A stretch of 63,577 nt of DNA, filler included, from Octopus bimaculoides (GCF_001194135.2; 9 parts of 7 records of this genome joined end to end with filler, not necessarily neighbours in it); one strand, 5' to 3'. Positions 26,253-39,659 are shown, numbered from the whole stretch's first letter. Program-made: numbers and translations. Notes: generated by a model from the letters alone, not told the origin.

Positions 26253-27748
26253 NNNNNNNNNNNNNNNNNNNNNNNNNNNNNNNNNNNNNNNNNNNNTTAA
26301 TTAATTAANNNNNNNNNNNNNNNNNNNNNNNNNNNNNNNNNNNNNNNNNNNNTCTATCTATCTATCTATACCTAAGTCTATGTAATTTATCTATCTATCT
26401 ATATATATATATATATATGTGTGCTTGTGTTTATGCATGTGAGTTGCGTGTGCGTGTGTGCGCGCGTATGCATGTGTGTATGTGCGCGCGTATGCATGCG
26501 TGTGTGTGCGCGTGTGTTTGTATACAAATAAATAAATTACACATGCATATATATTTTTATGTACATCTGTATAAATTATACACAGCATAAATATAAGAAT
26601 GTAACTATACACATACATACATACATACATACATACATACATACATACATGCATACATACATACATACATACATACATACATGTACAACACATATACTTT
26701 TCTATGTAAGTGTATACATCTATGACACTGTTTCGTTAAGTGGATTTTTTTTTCGTCTCTCTGGAATTATAGATAGATTAGAATAGAATAGAGAATTTGA
26801 TGTATGTAACCCTTCACCCTCATAAAATCAATCCCCACTCAACCTGATTCTCCTGACATGTCACCACACCACCACCAGCAGCACTGAAGACTTTTCAAGT
26901 TGGTTGTCACTTTATTTTTACAAGGAAGAAGCAATAAATATGGCGTTATAAAAACGTATTTTTTATTACTTTCAATAACATCAAATTGGTTGACAAATCT
27001 TAACGGGGTGGATTGGGTATTCTAAGTACCTACCACGAACATTCCCGGATAATCGACACTAAAAATACATATGGATGTGCACAGAGAGTAAAACCAAACA
27101 TCTAAATCAAATATCGAAACACGTATTTGCACATACTAAGATACGTTCGCACATATATGTATTATTTATACATACAACATAGATAGACGCACATAAGTGC
27201 ATACATATATACATATATATGTATATATATATATATATATATATNNNNNNNNNNNNNNNNNNNNNNNNNNNNNNNNNNNNNNNNNNNNNNNNNNNNNNNN
27301 NNNNNNNNNNNNNNNNNNNNNNNNNNNNNNNNNNNNNNNNNNNNNNNNNNNNNNNNNNNNNNNNNNNNNNNNNNNNNNNNNNNNNNNNNNNNNNNNNNNN
27401 NNNNNNNNNNNNNNNNNNNNNNNNNNNNNNNNNNNNNNNNNNNNNNNNNNNNNNNNNNNNNNNNNNNNNNNNNNNNNNNNNNNNNNNNNNNNNNNNNNNN
27501 NNNNNNNNNNNNNNNNNNNNNNNNNNNNNNNNNNNNNNNNNNNNNNNNNNNNNNNNNNNNNNNNNNNNNNNNNNNNNNNNNNNNNNNNNNNNNNNNNNNN
27601 NNNNNNNNNNNNNNNNNNNNNNNNNNNNNNNNNNNNNNNNNNNNNNNNNNNNNNNNNNNNNNNNNNNNNNNNNNNNNNNNNNNNNNNNNNNNNNNNNNNN
27701 NNNNNNNNNNNNNNNNNNNNNNNNNNNNNNNNNNNNNNNNNNNATATA

Positions 27749-27779
<31 letters not shown>

Positions 27780-28179
27780 GCATATATGCATATATACATA
27801 CATATATAAATACCTACTTATAATTACAGCCTACTTATAAAGGTAGAAATTCCAGGATTAAGGGTAATGTTTTTGTATAACATGGATGCATTCAGAAATG
27901 GTGTCAAACGCAGGTGTTATTGAAATCATTTATACTTCCAATATGTTTCGAAGAAAGCATTGATGTTATTTTTTTTCTTCTTTGTTATTTGTACACATTG
28001 AAAAAATACACATACATTTATATAAACTTCTTCAGCCAGGTTCCCATATCACCTGCAAATAAAATAGTTACCACATATGGAGTTATTTAATATAAACGCA
28101 TCTCTTAAGGGTATATCCATTCCCCCAAGAAAGGTTTTCCTTTAGCAACTCATTAGTAACACAAATTCCTTTATTAACA

Positions 28180-30050
28180 GTATTAGATGGCTTGCTTTCG
28201 TCTTTGACAATAAAAAAATTAAACAACTTTCTAACGATCTAACTTATGAATTCAACGAATTGTTTAAATTTAAAACCAATCTTCCACCTAACCCAAGATT
28301 CAAACATTTTGAAGACGATCTCTGGTCTATCGTGGAGAATGTGAAATTCCATCGTTTACCCTTAATAAATAAACATCTGAGGTATCTTCACAATATCACC
28401 AAAGAAATTCATAACATTGATGGGATACTGGTTCAATCTGATAAAACAGGAAACATATACAGACTTAGCAAGGATTACTACCTAACATCGTTTAGGAAAG
28501 AAATACAGTGCTAACAGGAAAGCGAACCTTGAGGTTAAAAAAATATGGGGAAATATAACGTACAGATCAAGGCTGAAGCTCTTTACTTCAAACAGCCTCG
28601 TTTTATTTTAAAAGATCAAAAACCAATTTTTTTTTAATAACCCAACCTTACGACTTTTTGTCCTTCTATCTCTGATATCGGTGTACGTAGCAAAAATATT
28701 CTAGATAAATATATTCCTTCTTTAGTTAAAAAATTAAAGCTTAATTTATGATTTAATTCGTTCCAATAGTCGACTGGTTTAATTCTATTAATAACAAGAA
28801 GTGCAATAAGTTTATCCATTTCGACATTTCTAGTTACAATTCCTCTATTAACTCAATTGTATTCAACAAAGCACTCTGGTTTGCGTACAACAGAGCAGGT
28901 CTCATCAGGGATAAAATTTATGTGGTGTTAGCTGCCAGAAAATCAATCATTGAATTTGAAAATAAACTATGGGTCCATAAAGATACACCTGACAGTTTCG
29001 ATATCATGATGGGAAATTCTGACTCAGCACAATTGGCTGATTTGGTCGGTATCTATATCCTTTCTGAGATGGCTGACCAATTCCCAAAATCAATGGAGGT
29101 TTATATCGGGATGATTGTCTACTCTACCTTCAAAGTGTTTCTAACCAAAAATTACAAAGAGTTAAAAATAGGTTGGTTAAATTTTTCCGAAACCCTATTG
29201 ACATTAATTCTGCCTCTATTAATCAGGACATGAAAACACATCATAACGGTAATAACAATATAAATTTTATTTCAAATAACAACACTAAATCAAAAAATGT
29301 AATTTTTCAAGGTAAGGGAGATTACCGTTCTTTATATCCCTTTATACGTAATAAAAATAAGTTAAAGACTTTTAAACATAATTACCCTAATAAGAATGTG
29401 TGTCCTAGTAAAACAGTTTGGCTGATCGTTCCATATGATAAGCAGATCAAATGCAGCCTTCCTTATCAATTCACATCGAATTAGAATAGGTTTTTCAAAT
29501 ACCAAAAACCTTTCACAAATCATTTCTTTGCATAACTGTATGTTGTTAAATACAAATCCACTTAATGAAAATAATAACAGTGATATTCTTAACGCTAGCC
29601 ATTCTTTGAACAATAATACCAATAATATTAATATTTCTGTTATAAATTCGAATAGTTTTCATTTCCTTAGCAGTAATTCTAAGACTAGAAAGTCTTTTTA
29701 GCAATGTAAAATTACTTCACGTTCTGATGACTTTTTATAAAAAAATAATTCATCGTCTCAGTTGTCGAAAAGAATACCTAATCATTACCCTACATTTAGA
29801 CATATCAATAAACACAAAGATACTGGGCTTAGTAAAATTAATTTAGTCTCTAAAGGAACGTAATAATTCGATTTGGAATGGAAAATTCTATCAAGATACT
29901 TCCGATATGACAAAGGTAATTTGTTGTCTGCTCTGTAACTTAGAGCAATTTCGCGTACTTTCTCGGAGAATGCTCTTGTAAACACGTTTGAAGACGCGTT
30001 TATCGTTGTAAGCATTGCCAAAAACATACCTTTAGTACTTATAAGTAATT
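28180..30050 (+). mobile_element. Near full-length decayed Penelope-like element (RT + GIY-YIG), probably Naiad-type
   Basis: Frameshifted pieces: FEDDLWSIVENVKF, QSDKTGNIYRLSKDYY, ILKDQKP, ARKSIIEFENKLWVHK, FDIMMGNSDSAQLADLVGIYIL, VWLIVPY, NLSQIISLHN, DLEWKILSRY. These follow the PLE RT-to-GIY-YIG order. The clade call rests on recalled motifs. Confidence 0.75.
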
Positions 30051-31011
30051 TCTATCAATATATAAAATTCGACCCTTAACTGTTTTCTTACATTTCATTT
30101 CCACTATATCAATCTATTTACTCGCTTTTAAACTTTATTCCCATTCATCTCTCAAACTATATTTTCCAACTCTTAATTTTTTGTTAATTTCTTTCTTTCT
30201 CCTCCTTCTCTTTCTCTAAANNNNNNNNNNNNNNNNNNNNNNNNNNNNNNNNNNNNNNNNNNNNNNNNNNNNNNNNNNNNNNNNNNNNNNNNNNNNNNNN
30301 NNNNNNNNNNNNNNNNNNNNATGGATAGATAGATAGATGGATAGATAGATAGATGGATAGATGGATAGATCAGAAAGCTTATTCCTCTTGTCTCTGACCC
30401 CGCTACCTCTTTGAATTTCACTCACTAATTCTTATGCTCACTCACTGAGTCTCCTTCGCATTCTCCCCAACACTTACCTCTTCAGTTCTCTCTCTTTTTT
30501 TTTATAGTTCTCATTTTCTACTGTCTTCCTTATCTTCTTGTCAATTCTCTCCTTGACTACCTTCCAATATATTACACTACCTTACACAAAATTGTGTCTT
30601 CTTTTTGTTACGTCTTCTACCTCAACCCTTACCTTATTCTGTTTCTTTCCTCCACCCCACCAAAGAAAAAGAAAACAAAAATCAAACAACTGTACGGAAC
30701 TATTGTAAGTATTGCCCTTAGATATAAACCAATTAATGGGTAATAAATTTCACTCATTGACATTTCTTTAATAAAACTCGTATTCGAGTTGAACTTGTAT
30801 AAATACTTTTTATTCATGATGTTTGCTTATTTTATTAGTTATTATTAAAGAGCTCCAAGAAACTGTTTAATAACACCATGGGAAAATAGAAATCGTAGAT
30901 TTCAAATATTTTATCAGTGATGTCAGTGAGTATAATTTTTATACAATCACGTCTATAAACATTACATTCAAACAAATCCTCTCTGTGTATGAAAACGTGT
31001 GCCCTTGCGCG

Positions 31012-31042
<31 letters not shown>

Positions 31043-31571
31043 ATACACACACACGTGCGTGGGTATGAAGACATGGCTTTGGGTTTAAAATGTTGGTGCC
31101 ATGATCGTAAAATTGTGGGTTCTATTTTTGGATCTGAAAACGCATTGTTTCATTGAGCAAGGCATTACATTAAACGATGTCTCCCACTCAATTCGGCTTA
31201 AAAGGAGTCCAAGTTTTCTTTTGGTTCAGTTTTCCTTTCTTCCAGATGTTATTAAATTTAAGATGTTCCTGAACGGAAAGATATCTCAGAAAGTGTCTAA
31301 TTATCTCCTGATGAATTTATTGGCCATTAGTTAAATGTAATGCAAACTACCAGTCATGTTCCAATCTGTTACTCTAGAAAACTATAGGAAACTAAGTTTT
31401 GAATACAATAACTTTTATTCACACTTAGAAAATGCTTTGTTCAAATTCATACATCTGATTGTAATTTTTTTTTTCTTTAGCAAATGTTTCTAACAAGTTG
31501 AATTATCCTCTAGGTGGTGAAGCAGCCTGTGAGATATAGCCAAAAATAGTCATGTAACAGCATACAATATT

Positions 31572-31844
31572 CTTTTCTTATCTAGGCACAGAGCCCGAAA
31601 TGTTGCGGGAGGGGGAAAGTCGATTAGATCGATCCCAGTACGCAACTGGTGCTTAATTTATCGACCCCGAAAGGATGATAGGCAAAAACGACCTCGCCGG
31701 AATTTGAACTCAGAACGTAAAGACAGACGAAATGTCGCTAAGCATTTCGCCCGGTGTGCTAACGTTTCTGCCAGCTCGCCACCTTTATTCGTTTCTACTC
31801 TAGGCGCAAGGCCCGAAATTTTGGGTGAGGGGCCAGTCGATTAG
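31572..31844 (-). mobile_element. Family-A SINE plus a second tail fragment, flanked by one 16-bp TSD
   Basis: AACAGCATACAATATT at 31556-31571 and 31845-31860. Confidence 0.85.
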
Positions 31845-33004
31845 AACAGCATACAATATTACAAAGAGAAACACCGAAATATATAGACATGTCTAAACAC
31901 ATTTTAAATTATTATTTTTTTTTTTTGTGGTTTGTTGTTGATTANNNNNNNNNNNNNNNNNNNNNNNNNNNNNNNNNNNNNNNNNNNNNNNNNNNNNNNN
32001 NNNNNNNNNNNNNNNNNNNNNNNNNNNNNNNNNNNNNNNNNNNNNNNNNNNNNNNNNNNNNNNNNNNNNNNNNNNNNNNNNNNNNNNNNNNNNNNNNNNN
32101 NNNNNNNNNNNNNNNNNNNNNNNNNNNNNNNNNNNNNNNNNNNNNNNNNNNNNNNNNNNNNNNNNNNNNNNNNNNNNNNNNNNNNNNNNNNNNNNNNNNN
32201 NNNNNNNNNNNNNNNNNNNNNNNNNNNNNNNNNNNNNNNNNNNNNNNNNNNNNNNNNNNNNNNNNNNNNNNNNNNNNNNNNNNNNNNNNNNNNNNNNNNN
32301 NNNNNNNNNNNNNNNNNNNNNNNNNNNNNNNNNNNNNNNNNNNNNNNNNNNNNNNNNNNNNNNNNNNNNNNNNTCCTTCTCCACGTAAGCCAGGAACGGG
32401 TCTTTTCTGTCCCCAGGGGCACCTTACTCATTATGTGAAAAATTTTAAGACTCTAAAACCATCTCTGGAACATAAATAATGTATGTTCCCAGTTTGGAGA
32501 AAATCGGTTGAAATATACGGCCGTTATAATCATTTACACACACACACACACACACACATACAAACAGGACTAATTTTTCTATCGTCTTGGCTTAACAGCC
32601 CTTACCGTTTGTCTTCACTTTTCTGTCTTGTTCTCACTATCCTGTTCTTGTTTACATTTTCACCCTCCGCAAAAATTTTCAAATTTTATTTAATTTGCTT
32701 GCGGGAAGGATTGTTCTAAAGAAGTCACGTATTGTCCTTCCCTTCGGAACGCGGAGTAGATGGAACAGGGAAAACTGAAGAAGAGAAATATTCTTTATGT
32801 TGCATATCTCGTTTCTCTGGGTTTTTTTTCGTTGTTCGAAATAAAAGTTCGTTTTCTGTCTTTGTCTTTTTGTTTCCGTTTCTCATTGTGTTTAATGTTT
32901 TTTGTGATGTCCTGTACACATTTATGCATGTATGTATGCATATAGATGTAGGCATGTACATATATGTATGGATATATGCATATATTTATATATTATTTAC
33001 GTTA

Positions 33005-33035
<31 letters not shown>

Positions 33036-33711
33036 AATCAAGAAAAGCAACAAGGATATCCAAAGTTAATGCAGTACGATCGTTTCATGCGACTCCATTT
33101 ATTTAAGCAATGTGAATATTACATCAAATGTAAAATGCAGAGCAATCCTCAGCTGCATAAAGATATAGAAATTTACTGAAATTTCATTTCAACAGAAGGA
33201 CATATTTTTATAACTACATTTAAATTCTCCAAGTAGAAAGGAAGAATACAAAAAAACCATATATNNNNNNNNNNNNNNNNNNNNNNNNNNNNNNNNNNNN
33301 NNNNNNNNNNNNNNNNNNNNNNNNNNNNNNNNNNNNNNNNNNNNNNNNNNNNNNNNNNNNNNNNNNNNNNNNNNNNNNNNNNNNNNNNNNNNNNNNNNNN
33401 NNNNNNNNNNNNNNNNNNNNNNNNNNNNNNNNNNNNNNNNNNNNNNNNNNNNNNNNNNNNNNNNNNNNNNNNNNNNNNNNNNNNNNNNNNNNNNNNNNNN
33501 NNNNNNNNNNNNNNNNNNNNNNNNNNNNNNNNNNNNNNNNNNNNNNNNNNNNNNNNNNNNNNNNNNNNNNNNNNNNNNNNNNNNNNNNNNNNNNNNNNNN
33601 NNNNNNNNNNNNNNNNNNNNNNNNNNNNNNNNNNNNNNNNNNNNNNNNNNNNNNNNNNNNNNNNNNNNNNNNNNNNNNNNNNNNNNNNNNNNNNNNNNNN
33701 NNNNNNNNNNN

Positions 33712-33762
<51 letters not shown>

Positions 33763-34010
33763 CACACAAATATATATATATATAATGTGTGTGCATATAT
33801 GAGTGTGTATATGTATGTGACTTTGTGCGAGTGTCTGTGTTTGTGTGAATGCGGATCAAGTAACTTTAGATCTTAAGTTAATACAGGAAATGACAGGGGA
33901 GCAGCGGCCATGTACAGACATAGGAAACAGAAGACATATACAGACAACAAGAGAAACACACAAACAATAAATATATAAATAAACAGCATAATTTTGAAAA
34001 TGCAAGAACA

Positions 34011-34064
<54 letters not shown>

Positions 34065-34185
34065 TGTTTGTGTGTCTCTGTGTGTGTATATATATATTTA
34101 TATAAACACACGTACATGTATATTATGTACATACATGTATCTATATATGTGTGTAGACACATACACACACACACACACGCACACG

Positions 34186-34224
<39 letters not shown>

Positions 34225-34364
34225 ATATGTATATGAGAAAAATATTTTAATGCCAAATATGCTTAAACTGCTATGAAAATGTCAGTTTTCTTCTCATATC
34301 CACTCTTCTTGTTTTTCATTCCCCTCTTGTCTCTTCCTGTTACTGCAGCTGCTGCAACTACTAC

Positions 34365-34399
<35 letters not shown>

Positions 34400-34734
34400 A
34401 AGATTAGTTTGCCTAATCTGTGAATTACCTCTAAGCAAATCACTAAGTCTAGTAACCATCTTTGTAAGGTCATAGCGGCTACGAGTGGACTATGTAACGC
34501 TGAGAAGGTGAAATAACACTGAAACCGATTTCGGAAGTGTTACCATAGCAACCAAATATCATATGCACCTACCTCAATTTCTTCTGTATTTCCATCTTGA
34601 GAGAAATTTTTCGATAACCCAAATTACGATTGTAATCCCAGCTGATTAAAAATTATTTGCAACTCATTAAATATCCAGGACTGCGTTTACTATTATGTTC
34701 TACATAAAGAAGGCACTTCATAAACCTTAGCAAT

Positions 34735-34810
34735 AATAATTATTATTATTATTGTTGTTGTTGTTGTTGTTGTTGCCTTCGCGCAGCTTCTAACGCTGGA
34801 GATGTACTGC

Positions 34811-34878
<68 letters not shown>

Positions 34879-34907
34879 CATTATTATTATTATTATTATT
34901 ATTATTA
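34735..34907. repeat. (ATT)n/(GTT)n tracts
   Basis: Direct reading. Confidence 0.95.
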
Positions 34908-35195
34908 CCTTTGCACAGATTCTAATGCTGGAGATGTACTACGTTGTCAGCTGTTCACTACCAGTCAACTAAGGTAACACCTCTTATTTTTCGAGCACCT
35001 TCAGGAGTATTCGAGCGATTCCAAGCAGTGCTGTTTTCTGCAAGTGCTCCACCCTTATTACAGCCCCTGTTTGTTCCACGTACTTCTCGAGATTTTCACT
35101 CACTGTTCTTAGGACTCCAACAATTATTGGTACTACTGCTATCTTTTTCATCGACCACAACTGCTTAACTTCCCACACAGAGGAAGAAGCCAAAC
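34908..35195 (-). mobile_element. R4/Dong-like 3' end
   Basis: WEVKQLWSMKKIAVVPIIVGVLRTVSENLEKYVEQTGAVIRVEHLQKTALLGIARILLKVLEK* plus a short UTR ending at (AAT)n. Confidence 0.85.
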
Positions 35196-35199
35196 ATCA

Positions 35200-38100
35200 C
35201 TCTCTGAATCCCCTCAAAAGCGAGAAGCCGCTGATAGTTCCTTCAGAGACTGGCAAAAATTATAATCCAGCAGATGCCGCCAGAAATAGCCATTCCTTCA
35301 CTAATTACGGCAGTGATGATAGACATTGAGGAAAACTCGAAAATCCTCGAAGCCTATCAGATCAAAAAGGAAAACTGGTCTGTGTTGACTGTAGAATTCC
35401 TCATTCAAACAACACAAGAGAATGTGGATCTCATCCCAGACCAGATCTTTCTTTCTAGCGGCAGCATAATTCCTGTCAGAGTTGATGGAAGAAAACTAAA
35501 GTGTTACTTTTGCTTTTCACCTAAGCATTTAAAAATTGACTGCTCCAAACTAAACGGAAAAGATAGACAGGCGCCTTCCCTCTCTACGCCAACAACGGCC
35601 ACCAAAATTCCAGCAACAACAGCATCAACACTATCACCATCAGCATATTCAGCCATAGCACCACCAACACCAACACCAACAACCATGCCGACACCAAGTT
35701 CACCCAAACACTTCCCAGCGCCCGATGCATGTTCCCTTCCCGATGCAGAGCGCGATGAAGACTGGCAGTTAAAAAAAACAAAAACAAGTAAAAGAGATAG
35801 AAGGAAAAATAAACATATGGACAAACAGCAACAGTAACAACAACAATAACAACAACAATCCTCATCCACACAAGAAGTGGAATGGAAAAAAAATCAAAGC
35901 AACAAAAACAAACACGCCCAAAACAAACACTGCATCGACACCACCACCTCTAACACCTGAAACACAAGCCATTCTACACACGCAACAACAACAATCATAA
36001 CCACCACCACTACCACAACAACAACAACAAGCACGAGATAAAGAGCTACATGGCAATAAATTCAAACAACGATGAATTAATGGAATATATAATAACACGT
36101 ACAAACATTACACCAAAAGATTTTGTCATACCCACACAATTTCCCTTCCTGCACACATACAAATCATTCAAAACATATTCACACACTTAAAAACCCATTT
36201 CCCGCAGGAAATCGGAGATTTTCGCCAGAATATAACCAAGGGAATTCTTGGTGATTTGCTTTTGGAAACACCCCAAGCCAACGGCGGCACGGAAGCGGAG
36301 GTCACTGCTCAACGACCTTAGGGAACTGAATCTCGACGTGGTGGGCATTAGCGAAACCAGAATTTCTGACTCACGGTACTTCCGACCTATTTCAGTGTAC
36401 GCATCTTCAAGTCGTGCGGGAGCGGGAGGTGTATTCGCCGTGATGTTTGAGAAAAAATCTGGGTCTTGCAATACGACGATGTTCCTAGATCCGGAAGGTA
36501 AGGCGGTGGTCCTGAACATGACAGACACAAAGAACATGCTTTTAGGCTACTTGACGTCTATGCCCCGACAGGGACAGGACGACCAGATTTCTTCAGACGT
36601 CTGGAAACTTTCCTAGGGACGTCTCGCTCTTTAGGGGGGGGAATTAGAATGGAGTTTTAGATGTAAAGTGGGATTGTGTAGGTTTAATAGATAGGAGAAG
36701 AGGGTGCAAAAGCCTTGCAAACCTGCTCAGACGATTCCAACTGTCTGACAGGTATCGACTGGATTTCCCGGATATGACGGTGTGGTCCTGGTCAAACCGC
36801 ATCGGGTCATCCAGATCGTATCTAGATAGGGTATTTTGTAGAGTAGCAGATAAGGAAAGCTTTAGTTGTCCAGTTTAAAGAAGTCGACTATACAGAGCAC
36901 AAATTCTTGATCTGTACTGTCGACTTAGGCTTCATAGACAAGGACCCGATTCCTGGAAACAGAACACGTCGTTTCCGGCGCGTAAAGATTTCAAAAGCCA
37001 GATTAGGGAACTAGTTAAGTGGACGTTAATGGGGGCAATAGTCAACAACAAATGGTGATTCACCCTTAAAAGGGCAATTAGAATAAAATTGATAAGGTTT
37101 AGAAAAAGACTAGCAGTAGAACGAAAGAGAGTAGAAACGGAGTTAGTCAAGAATTTAGCCGAGGCTTTTAGAAAAGGCATCGCGACCGACGTGCTTGCAG
37201 CGAGATTGGCACTCGACCAATTCTTCAACGCAAAACACAAAGGTTGCGTTGTCAGAGCAAAGGGGCGAGCGCTTAGACACGAAGGGATGAAAGCTGTACA
37301 CCAAGTGGGAATTTCTGCATGTCCCACCCTCTCTATAAATTATAACATTTCTGTTGTGGTTCCTGTTGGAATTCACTCAAAATAGCCGTGAATAAGGTTT
37401 GTTAAAGGATTATGTCTCCGGTGGTGAATTATTCAAACGTCAAAGAATTCCTCGCAACACATTGTTCTGATGCTCCCCCACTACTTCTGCTTGTGATCAG
37501 TTATGCACATATCGTCAGTCAACTAGTGAAAGTCAAGCAACTGACAAGCACGTGTGTGGTATTTATTGAACAGAATATTTGCTGTAGACCATCTTTTACA
37601 CCAAGACAAAATATTTACATGATGACACTTACAGTCAGTTAAGATCAGAAGGCATGAGAGTCACTGCCTTGTACTGCATTTATTGAACTGGGCATGCTGT
37701 GGTTAATGATTCGCAGACATGCGCTGAGGCTGCGATATCTCCAGCGTTTCCTTAAAGGTGAGCAGGTTTGGTCGCCGTTCGTCAAACGGGACTTTCCGCA
37801 GCTCGTCTCATCGATGGAGCTACAGTCCTGGGTCAAGCGAAGACCAAACGAAGGGCGCTTGGAGTGTCGGGCAACGCGGTCGGTAGAAGTTCCACCAAGG
37901 AGTTCTATAGAAGATTAGTCGAGGGAAAGAGCGACGACGTACTCGAGGAAACTCTGGGTGTCGAGAGGGATTAACATTTTGGTCTTTTCCGAAGGACTTT
38001 CGGGCCAGGATCTATGGATAACTTCCAGAAATCCCTGGCCTGGCAGTGCTACCGAAGATCTCTGCCGGTTCGAGAGACAAGCTCTACAGACACGGAAGTG

Positions 38101-38751
38101 TTGTAAGACGGATTTGTTAAAGGTGTCCGTAGAGCGATGAAACTGTCCTGCATGTACTCTTCCAGTGTCCGTGCATTGCTAATCTGTGGAGCTTTGTGGA
38201 ACAGTTGTTGTCACGTGTAGTACGGATCCGTTTATCAGCCGAGTCCATTGTGAGGATCGCCCCGCCGTCTTCTTTTGGCCGGGAGGAAAAAGTAGCGAAA
38301 GCGGTTGTGTGGTGGACGAGGATAGGACTGAAGACAGACCCTATCCTCTTCGGTCAAGCCCACATTGACTTTTACAAGTTCTATTTGCAAAGAAAAGTGA
38401 GGGTAGAGAGGAAAGTACTTCCCCCAGTAATTTTGTTGAAAAGTGGATGAATGCTGCGAAAATGGCTCGTGTGAGCATTCATCTCTAAGTCAGAGCTGTT
38501 GAAGAGAAGAAGGGTGCCTACTTGGCGTGCCCTTGGCAATCGGGGTGACCAGGATGTGTGGGTTTCCCTGGATGGCCCTGGGTGGAACTCCCTCATATTG
38601 GAGAATTTTATTGTTTCATTTTTTTGTAAAATGTTTTTGTTTTTATTTACACGTTTTCTATTTTAAACCCCACTTCTTCCTTGTTTTGTATTGACTCTAT
38701 ATGATTTTGTGTTCGACACTTGTGGCCAATAAAGAAAGGATTATTATTATT
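35200..38751 (+). mobile_element. Tx1/L1-like LINE: ORF1 with zinc knuckle, APE endonuclease, RT core missing, C-terminal region and 3' UTR
   Basis: ORF1 35274-35837 has CYFCFSPKHLKIDC (CX2CX4HX4C). ORF2 remnants: LNLDVVGISETRI, WSWSNRIGSSRSYLDRVF, KHKGCVVRAK, GMLWLMIRRHALRLRYLQRFL. 3' end CTTGTGGCCAATAAAGAAAGGATTATTATT. Confidence 0.85.
35274..35837 (+). pseudogene. Tx1-like ORF1 (gag-like, CCHC knuckle) remnant
   Basis: 187-aa open stretch with zinc knuckle and Pro/Thr-rich tail; an upstream in-frame TAG and the decayed ORF2 suggest it is non-functional. Confidence 0.7.
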
Positions 38752-39232
38752 ACCATGATTATTATTTGTTTGTGTGTGTGTGTGTATCTGTGTGTATGTG
38801 TGTGTGTGTCTGTCTGTCTGTCTATCTGTCTGACTGTGTCCGTGTTCATGTGTCAGACATTTTAAGGAAAGAGAATTTTTTCTTTCCGATTGAGTATTTC
38901 AGGACTTAAACGTAGATATTTATTGGCACATTTTGTCGACATTCTTGAAATATTACTCCGAGGTGATGGTTGCGTCAAGATTCATGAAAATTTAATAGGT
39001 AAATTTATTTGATAAACACCAGAAAATGGTCGGCGAATAAAATATTTACACGCAGCTTTGATGTGAAAAAATTGCTTTGGTGCTTCAACACGTTAAAGCC
39101 ATAACTACTGATGCTGCTTGTTTGTCTTATAGAATCTATTCCTTGTCACGCGGGTCTTTTGTTGCGAGAACGAAGCTAGTGACCCCAGAGTTTACTGAAC
39201 TTTATAAAACTTTCTAGTACAGTACAAATATT

Positions 39233-39659
39233 CTTTTCTACTCTAGCACCAAGGCCCGAAATTTTGGGGGAGAGGGCCAGTCGATTAGATCGAAGCCAGT
39301 ATGCAACTGGTACTTATTTTATCGACCACGAAGGGATGAAAGGCAAAGTCGATCTCGGCGGAATTTGAACTCAGAACGTAGAGACAGATGAAATACCGCT
39401 ATTTCGCCCGGCGTGCTACCGTTTCTTATTTCTTTATTGCCTACAAGGGGCTAAACATAGAGAGGACAAACAAGAACAGACAAAGGGATTAAGTCGATTA
39501 CATCGACTCCAGTGCGTAACTGGTACTTAATTTATCGACTCCGAAAGGATGAAAGGGAAAGTTGACCTCGGCGGAATTTGAACTCAGAACGTAGCGGTAG
39601 ACGAAATACCGCTAAGTATTTCGCCCGGCGTGTTAATGTTTCTGCCAGCTCGCCACCTT
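39233..39659 (-). mobile_element. Two adjoining family-A SINEs (tail A and tail B) under one imperfect 18-bp TSD
   Basis: TAGTACAGTACAAATATT (39215-39232) versus TAGTAGGGTACAAATATT (39660-39677). Confidence 0.8.

Noticed and set aside
38800-39182. Helentron/DINE-like element ((GTCT)n near the start, CTAGT end)
   Set aside because: No convincing subterminal inverted repeat or 3' stem-loop found by eye.
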